Of a stretch of 64,000 bases of DNA, positions 55,201 to 64,000 are shown piece after piece. The first letter of the stretch is position 1; every line of letters starts with the position of its first letter. The DNA comes from Botryllus schlosseri. Lineage: Eukaryota. The notes beneath the pieces were generated by a model. The model made no database searches, was not told where the DNA came from, and saw nothing but the letters and a program-made list of their open reading frames with translations. The stretch is taken from contig CM119372.1 in NCBI GenBank assembly GCA_051294905.1, positions 32,924,001 to 32,988,000 on the forward strand, in the 5' to 3' direction. A program made the position numbers and the translations under genes.

Positions 55201-57109
55201 TAATTCCCGACATGAAACTAAGCCGCCGAAAGTCGTTACCATCACAAAGAAACAATTTACACGATGTTTGCCAAATGTATCCTATAGTTAGGTGTACTGG
55301 AATTATTTGTAAAACACACTCTGGTAAAGAAATCGAAAAGATATCCTACACCTAAATCTGATAAAACCATTTTGTACTTTGTGTTCGTCAGTAGTATCCA
55401 TTTGAATTTTTCCATTTCCTCTCGTCAAAGTAGATGTAATCATAGTCGCTAAAGAACTTACTTGGATGTGTTTGAATTCTAGACATAGTTCTGATTTACC
55501 CAATACAAGACCCAAGGACAACCCTAGTTTCAGCCAAACACAGATATCCAAAATATCACACACTTCGCTATTCCTAAAGCACAAACACCCGATACAAAAT
55601 AATACTTGTTGTGTTGTTGCGGCATCATCACTCAACAATATCACCCTCAATACAAATGATGTTTATGTGTAACATGCTATTGATTTGAACCACACCCACC
55701 TGACGGAAGAGGATTTACTCAATCTTTACAAAATGGATATTGACCAACATCACATCACCGGATTGTATCTGTTTCGCTGGATACGAGTTATGTTAGTTCA
55801 ACAGTAAACAAATGTCACCCTCTTGGATTATGAACTCAATGCGTTAGCAGTCATTCAATATTTTGTTTGTGTCAACTAGTTACTTGGTATGTTACTCCAC
55901 AACTCTTACAAAAGTACGAAGGATATTAACATCACACTAAGTAATTAACTTTACTCGATATTCCCGCATTACGAAACTAAAGAATGGTTGGTTAGACTCT
56001 ACAAACTGTTTCGATATCACAAGACCTTTATTGTCTGAATAGGTGTTCATGTGTCTTAAGAACCAAATAGTTCAACACAGCACTAGTACCAACAGAAACA
56101 TCAGAGTTGTTTACACAAAAAAGTTTGTATGCGTGCAGTATGCGAATACCATGTATAAGTCCAGCACAATTGCGGTATCCATCCGGGTTTAGTTAACACA
56201 ATTTACGACACCGAGGTCACCTCATCTTTCGTAAGACAACAAACCAACCAAGGTTCAGGATATGTCCATGTCATAGCAATAAATCAGCTACTCCAACAAC
56301 AGAGTACATATGTTTTGTAGTTACGGTGCTTACATCTTACACACAAATCAATCTACTTTGCTAACAAAAAGTGCTGGGTCATCAAGTGATTGCCCTAGCA
56401 ACAAAACAGCTAAACGTACTATCATACAAAATGGCCGTTATAGTCACCAACGGTACATGGTACAAGTAACAAGTCTCGAGAGTCCAGTTATTGAAAAAAC
56501 ATGAAAGTGTTTCTCCTGTGCCAAGTCGGTATGTTGACGAAAGCGTCTAATGTAATATCATGATCGATTTGCATTCGTTGGTCACAAAATGTCACTACTC
56601 TAAATAATTATTTTTCACTCAAACACAAACGCATACTTGTCACCAATCGTTTTCATCAAGCACGAGTTAAAGAAACCTGCTACGACATGAATTCCGATTT
56701 AGTTTTACAAATATTTTATAATTGTTTTTAGTAACACTATATCAATGTCACCAAGTTGAGTGTTTACGATATTGGTGTGTAGATGTGTGTCATACTTGGG
56801 GGATCCGTATTACAATTGACTCGAATTAACTAAATGTAAGAAGGGTTGAAATGTTTCGAATCGATTCATAAGTGGTCTTCGTTGTGGTTTTCGTCGGACA
56901 TACAGCACGAACTAACTGTAGGCTCCTCTCTGTTGTACAGCTACTCGGTAATCGAAATGCATTAACATGTAAACAACGATCTTGTTTCGGCACACCAAAA
57001 ATATGTTCACTGTCGCGATACTCCGCACAAGACGTGCATAGCCTTTTCACACTCGTAATAGTATACCAACGTCAAGCGATAACGTTTAACAAGACCAACG
57101 ACACTGAAC

Positions 57110-57690
57110 CCACGACGTTTACCTATGTAAAATTACCACTTTCACTTGTCAGTCCATCGTTTACCTGACTAAACATATTATTTTCCTTTGGAGATCTGAC
57201 GTTTACCCAAAGTAAGAAACCATTTTCACTTGTAAATATATTTTTTCCTCGGCTAACAAACCTTTTTTCACTTGGAAATATATTTTTTCTCTGGGTAACA
57301 AACCTTTTTCACTTGGAAATATATTTTTTCTCTGGTTAACAAACCTTTTTTACTTGGAAAAATATTTTTTCTCTGGGTAACAAACCTTTTTCACTTGGAA
57401 ATATATTTTTTCCCTGGGTAACAAACCTTTTTCCCTGAGCAACAAACCATTTTCACTTGGTGGTCCGTCGTTTACCCGAGTAAAAATATCATTTTCCTTT
57501 GGAGATCCGGCGTTTACCCAGTGTAACAATACATTTTCACTTGGAAAAATACTTTTACCTAGAGTAACTAATCATTTTCTCCTGGGTAACAAACCCTTTC
57601 GTCTGGAAACTATCATTTAACTGAGTACCAATACCGTTTTCACTTGGAAATACATTTTTTCCCTGGGTAACAATACCATTTTCGTTTTGA
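57110..57690 (+). repeat. About 41-bp minisatellite in the left palindrome arm
   Basis: Unit TTTTCACTTGGAAATATATTTTTTCTCTGGGTAACAAACC. Confidence 0.85.
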
Positions 57691-59889
57691 AAACTGACAA
57701 CCACACCGGCCAATTTGATATTTTTGTATATTGTTACAACGGTCAGTGACAAAATATACACCAACAACGACTCCGATACATTTGTGTAATCGCATACTCA
57801 CTTGCTCTGGCGCAGTCCCATCAAAATCGACGGTTAGCCACACACACACACACAAACACAATAACAATGCACTATTTCGATATGACTGCGATGTCCGGGT
57901 TTATGCTTTAGATTTTCCAGAACCAATCCGTCTAAAGTTGTAATCCCCCACCTTTGTTAACTGGTTGATACACGGATAACAATCTTCGGAAAATGTAGGA
58001 ACGCATACTACCCATCGTGCTAGCGATTCCAGGTTACTTGTGATTAATTTCCTTGCTCACCCTATACAGGTTATACGTACAGCGATATGTAGCGGTAATC
58101 GGTTTGGTCAATACATATCGCCCCATTCAGTATGGAATTACCAACCCAATACAGGTCAGTTCATAACCGGATCCGGATATTCAATGCAAAGCGATAAAGC
58201 AGAACCAATGACCAAATGTAATTAAACATGTAGATTCACAACCCTTGATTTTTTTCGTGAAAATTGACAATACATATCGAATATGTATTACATTACATAC
58301 AATGTGTCGGTGTACAAATGTTGGGTGTTTATGCACACATCGGTATGACCTATAGACAACATCATCATACCCTCCAGGACTTCGTTATTACATCGCGAGT
58401 TCAATAAAATCAATTTTGTATATTCAATCGGTGGCATAGACGACGGAAGGCTTGGAGATCCAATGTAAAATTCAGACAAACAAACGGGTATATTTGTCCA
58501 TCTTGGTTCTTCACTCAACTACCATTGGTGCTCTCGATACGGCGAACGGTACAGTATGCAACGCATATCATTAGAGTGATATATCCACAGGTAAATATGG
58601 GGCCTGGCCACAATAATTGTATCGAGATTTAACCCAGATTACTATCCGTTCACTGATTCACTCGATGGTTTTAGCAACTAGTAACAACACAAGATAGACA
58701 CGACTGGAATTACTAATATTCATAATGTTTATGATAAGTGTCGTTTCCGATCGTTCACTAAGTCGATGTGAATATTCGAAAAATCGGATATCACTACTCT
58801 CAACACCAGTGATTCGGTTTAAGTTTGAAATCGATTTGGTAATGTAATCCAAGTTGTGCTTCTGCAGGATCTGCTAACCTTTACAAGAGAGTGCTGTATC
58901 TTTGACACATGAAACAATTATCATCAACCACACCTTGCGTGCATCGATTTGTCGGTGTCGTACAATTATTGTGGCCAGGCCCCATATTTACTTGTGGATA
59001 TATCACTCTAATGATATGCGTTGCATACTGTACCGTTCGCCGTATCGAGAGCACCAATGGTAGTTGAGTGAAGAACCAAGATGGACAAATATACCCGTTT
59101 GTTTGTCTGAATTTTACATTGGATCTCCAAGCCTTCCGTCGTCTATGCCACCGATTGAATATACAAAAGTGATTTTATTGAACTCGCGATGTAATAACGA
59201 AGTCCTCGAGGGTATGATGATGTTGTCTATAGGTCATACCGATGTGTGCATAAACACCCAACAATTGTACACCGACACATTGTATGTAATGTAATACATA
59301 TTCGATATGTATTGTCAATTTTCACGAAAAAAATCAAGGGTTGTGAATCTACATGTTTAATTACATTTGGTCATTGGTTCTGCTTTATCGCTTTGCATTG
59401 AATATCCGGATCCGGTTATGAACTGACCTGTATTGGGTTTGTAATTCCATACTGAATGGGGCGATATGTATTGACCAAACCGATTACCGCTACATATCGC
59501 TGTACGTATAACCTGTATAGGGTGAGCAAGGAAATTAATCACAAGTAACCTGGAATCGCTAGCACGATGGGTAGTATGCGTTCCTACATTTTCCGAAGAT
59601 TGTTATCCGTGTATCAACCAGTTAACAAAGGTGGGGGATTACAACTTTAGACGGATTGGTTCTGGAAAATCTAAAGCATAAACCCGGACATCGCAGTCAT
59701 ATCGAAATAGTGCATTGTTATTGTGTTTGTGTGTGTGTGTGTGGCTAACCGTCGATTTTGATGGGACTGCGCCAGAGCAAGTGAGTATGCGATTACACAA
59801 ATGTATCGGAGTCGTTGTTGGTGTATATTTTGTCACTGACCGTTGTAACAATATACAAAAATATCAAATTGGCCGGTGTGGTTGTCAGT

Positions 59890-60510
59890 TTTCAAAACGA
59901 AAATGGTATTGTTACCCAGGGAAAAAATGTATTTCCAAGTGAAAACGGTATTGGTACTCAGTTAAATGATAGTTTCCAGACGAAAGGGTTTGTTACCCAG
60001 GAGAAAATGATTAGTTACTCTAGGTAAAAGTATTTTTCCGAGTGAAAATGTATTGTTACACTGGGTAAACGCCGGATCTCCAAAGGAAAATGATATTTTT
60101 ACTCGGGTAAACGACGGACCACCAAGTGAAAATGGTTTGTTGCTCAGGGAAAAAGGTTTGTTACCCAGGGAAAAAATATATTTCCAAGTGAAAAAGGTTT
60201 GTTACCCAGAGAAAAAATATTTTTCCAAGTGAAAAAGGTTTGTTAACCAGAGAAAAAATATATTTCCAAGTGAAAAAGGTTTGTTACCCAGAGAAAAAAT
60301 ATATTTCCAAGTGAAAAAGGTTTGTTGTTCAGGAAAAAAATATATTTTCAAGTGAAAAAAGGTTTGTTAGCCGAGGAAAAAATATATTTACAAGTGAAAA
60401 TGGTTTCTTACTTTGGGTAAACGTCAGATCTCCAAAGGAAAATAATATGTTTAGTCAGGTAAACGATGGACTGACAAGTGAAAGTGGTAATTTTACATAG
60501 GTAAACGTCG
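59890..60510 (-). repeat. Mirror copy of the 41-bp minisatellite with one extra unit
   Basis: Paired-coordinate sum shifts from 117582 to 117623 across this array; extra unit near 60310-60350. Confidence 0.85.
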
Positions 60511-63500
60511 TGGGTTCAGTGTCGTTGGTCTTGTTAAACGTTATCGCTTGACGTTGGTATACTATTACGAGTGTGAAAAGGCTATGCACGTCTTGTGCGG
60601 AGTATCGCGACAGTGAGCATATTTTTGGTGTGACGAAACAAGATCGTTGTTTACATGTTAATGCATTTCGATTACCGAGTAGCTGTACAACAGAGAGGAG
60701 CCTACAGTTAGTTCGTGCTGTATGTCCGACGAAAACCACAACGAAGACCACTTATGAATCGATTCGAAACATTTCAACCCTTCTTACATTTAGTTAATTC
60801 GAGTCAATTGTAATACGGATCCCCCAAGTATGACACACATCTACACACCAATATCGTAAACACTCAACTTGGTGACATTGATATAGTGTTACTAAAAACA
60901 ATTATAAAATATTTGTAAAACTAAATCGGAATTCATGTCGTAGCAGGTTTCTTTAACTCGTGCTTGATGAAAACGATTGGTGACAAGTATGCGTTTGTGT
61001 TTGAGTGAAAAATAATTATTTAGAGTAGTGACATTTTGTGACCAACGAATGCAAATCGATCATGATATTACATTAGACGCTTTCGTCAACATACCGACTT
61101 GGCACAGGAGAAACACTTTCATGTTTTTTCAATAACTGGATTCTCGAGACTTGTTACTTGTACCATGTACCGTTGGTGACTATAACGGCCATTTTGTATG
61201 ATAGTACGTTTAGCTGTTTTGTTGCTAGGGCAATCACTTGATGACCCAGCACTTTTTGTTAGCAAAGTAGATTGATTTGTGTGTAAGATGTAAGCACCGT
61301 AACTACAAAACATATGTACTCTGTTGTTGGAGTAGCTGATTTATTGCTATGACATGGACATATCCTGAACCTTGGTTGGTTTGTTGTCTTACGAAAGATG
61401 AGGTGACCTCGGTGTCGTAAATTGTGTTAACTAAACCCGGATGGATACCGCAATTGTGCTGGACTTATACATGGTATTCGCATACTGCACGCATACAAAC
61501 TTTTTTGTGTAAACAACTCTGATGTTTCTGTTGGTACTAGTGCTGTGTTGAACTATTTGGTTCTTAAGACACATGAACACCTATTCAGACAATAAAGGTC
61601 TTGTGATATCGAAACAGTTTGTAGAGTCTAACCAACCATTCTTTAGTTTCGTAATGCGGGAATATCGAGTAAAGTTAATTACTTAGTGTGATGTTAATAT
61701 CCTTCGTACTTTTGTAAGAGTTGTGGAGTAACATACCAAGTAACTAGTTGACACAAACAAAATATTGAATGACTGCTAACGCATTGAGTTCATAATCCAA
61801 GAGGGTGAAATTTGTTTACTGTTGAACTAACATAACTCGTATCCAGCGAAACAGATACAATCCGGTGATGTGATGTTGGTCAATATCCATTTTGTAAAGA
61901 TTGAGTAAATCCTCTTCCGTCAGGTGGGTGTGGTTCAAATCAATAGCATGTTACACATAAACATCATTTGTATTGAGGGTGATATTGTTGAGTGATGATG
62001 CCGCAACAACACAACAAGTATTATTTTGTATCGGGTGTTTGTGCTTTAGGAATAGCGAAGTGTGTGATATTTTGGATATCTGTGTTTGGCTGAAACTAGG
62101 GTTGTCCTTGGGTCTTGTATTGGGTAAATCAGAACTATGTCTAGAATTCAAACACATCCAAGTAAGTTCTTTAGCGACTATGATTACATCTACTTTGACG
62201 AGAGGAAATGGAAAAATTCAAATGGATACTACTGACGAACACAAAGTACAAAATGGTTTTATCAGATTTAGGTGTAGGATATCTTTTCGATTTCTTTACC
62301 AGAGTGTGTTTTACAAATAATTCCAGTACACCTAACTATAGGATACATTTGGCAAACATCGTGTAAATTGTTTCTTTGTGATGGTAACGACTTTCGGCGG
62401 CTTAGTTTCATGTCGGGAATTATTATTTGAGGGTTCAAAAACAATCAATACTACAAATGAACAACAATACAAAACACGTTTAGCGAATTATATTGTAGCA
62501 AGTACTTTTTCGATATTACGAGTGTTGGGCACTAGACACTTCTAGTTGAATTGGATGCATCTAACAAACATATCACAATTTACTTTTGCAATAATCAAAG
62601 TCTTTAAGTGTATAACCTCGCGATATTTCACATTTAGCGCGCACAACGGGGAGTTACTGAAATGATTAAGAATTGATCGCTAGCTTCGAACGGTACTCGA
62701 TACTCAAAGTGATATTTTCACACTCTGTAAAGTGCATATGTTTCAATTCTCTGTCACAAATTCCGACCATAAATCGTTGGATTCAATAGTAACGATATTT
62801 TGATATACTGATTCTACACTTAGTCGTTTCAATTACCCGTTGGGAATCGGGATAATAAAGCATTTTGTATCGAATGTTCAATGTATGAATACTGGAATTA
62901 TTACATCTTTAGTGCTGTTTATCGCAAACGATAGATTTTAATAATTGTACTGATTGTTGAATGTAATAATACCGATATTGTCGTTTCATCTTTAGTCTTG
63001 GTTACTGGAAATATTTTCTGATATCCGCGATACGCAGAGTGATTTTTACCAAGGTGGAGTAATTTTCCTATCAAGAACATTTCAGACACACATAGTTTTA
63101 CAGCTTAATATGTTAATAACATTGGTACTGAAAAGTTTGTTGCTGTCATAACATTTACCACAACGCCGGGTCTAATTAACGCGAATAATTTAATAATAAA
63201 GTAATGATCAACTATTACAAAATCTCATATGTCAAATCAATGTGTCAATCCTTATGTTCACAGCATGATAACTTTGAATATAACACCATCGTTCGATTGT
63301 AAGAAATGAATTCTCAACTACGTTGGTCGGACTTTCAAATCTCGTATACTCAAACATATTATGTTAATCTCAAGTCGCCGACCCTGAGAAGTAATTACTT
63401 TTGTCTTGCAGAATATACCGCGTAGTAATTCATCTATCTTACAGAATAGTAACGACTTTTCAAGTTGAATAAAAAAAGGTGTGTAGGGATATGAATACAA

Positions 63501-64000
63501 CCAAGCTTGTTATGGATTTTAGGTTTTAGTGATTGTGTGGATTCGTGTATGTTTGGCTGTTTTTCATACTGATACTGTTTGAGTTGGTCGGGTAAGTTAC
63601 AAACGGATTTACTTGACAATGTTTTCGTGGTTGACTCTTTGAATATGGTAAGATGGTGAGATGTCGAGACGTAATACTATTACAACAAAACATAACCCGC
63701 ATTCAAATAAGCCGTAAGCTACAAGTGGATTTAAAACTTGATGCTGTTTTGTGGTTAACTCAAGTCAGTGGTTATGTTTGCGTTGATTTCAGGAATGATC
63801 ATGACGAGTTGGTCGGGTAAATTAGGTAATACGGTAGTAACTATGACCTTACCGAGTTGCTGACATTCCAATATCTTTTCGCTGTGATATACGGATTTAA
63901 TTGTGATAAATTATTTCTCAGTTATTGTTCAGACATTCAAATCTCGTATACTCAAAATATAATATGTTCAAGTAAAATCGTATATGCACCGATTAGTAAA

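Larger units (their letters stand above)
53622..64000. repeat. Giant inverted repeat: left arm from 53622 or earlier to 58621, spacer 58622-58960, right arm 58961 to beyond 64000
   Basis: Mirror-image ORFs in the track (58288..58518- / 59064..59294+; 54004..54189+ / 63434..63619-); inner junction CAATAATTGTA / TACAATTATTG; the last bases of the window pair with 53622 onward. Confidence 0.97.

Noticed and set aside
54004..63619. Paired short ORFs in the palindrome arms, and a possible exon at about 58071-58154
   Set aside because: Pairing only reflects the inverted duplication; no recognisable motifs and no consistent exon chain found

Overview
AT-rich animal genomic DNA (introns as short as 59-73 bp and dense MITEs suggest a marine invertebrate, possibly a tunicate; the taxon is only an inference). 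1.4-36.1 kb holds the 3' part of a + strand gene largely missed by the ORF track: 26 phase 1-1 exons each encoding one compact 6-Cys EGF-like module, a Gly/Tyr-rich + somatomedin-B exon, and a short terminal exon ending ...GLPYYG*. That gives about 1010 aa in the window with no transmembrane segment; the N-terminus lies upstream. Its introns carry many hAT-type MITEs with 8-bp TSDs and a 6.8-kb CACTG-terminated element with nested insertions, the innermost containing a degenerate 28S rRNA fragment. 38.6-45.7 kb is a decayed but reconstructable I-group LINE (gag-like ORF1; APE-RT-RNase H-CCHC ORF2) hit by nested MITEs. 48-52.3 kb has minisatellites, a 9-copy 177-bp tandem array and an intronless Ulp1-protease/PHD ORF. 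From at least 53.6 kb to the window end is a giant near-perfect palindrome (arms of at least 5 kb, 339-bp spacer at 58622-58960). All coordinates and alignments were read by eye.
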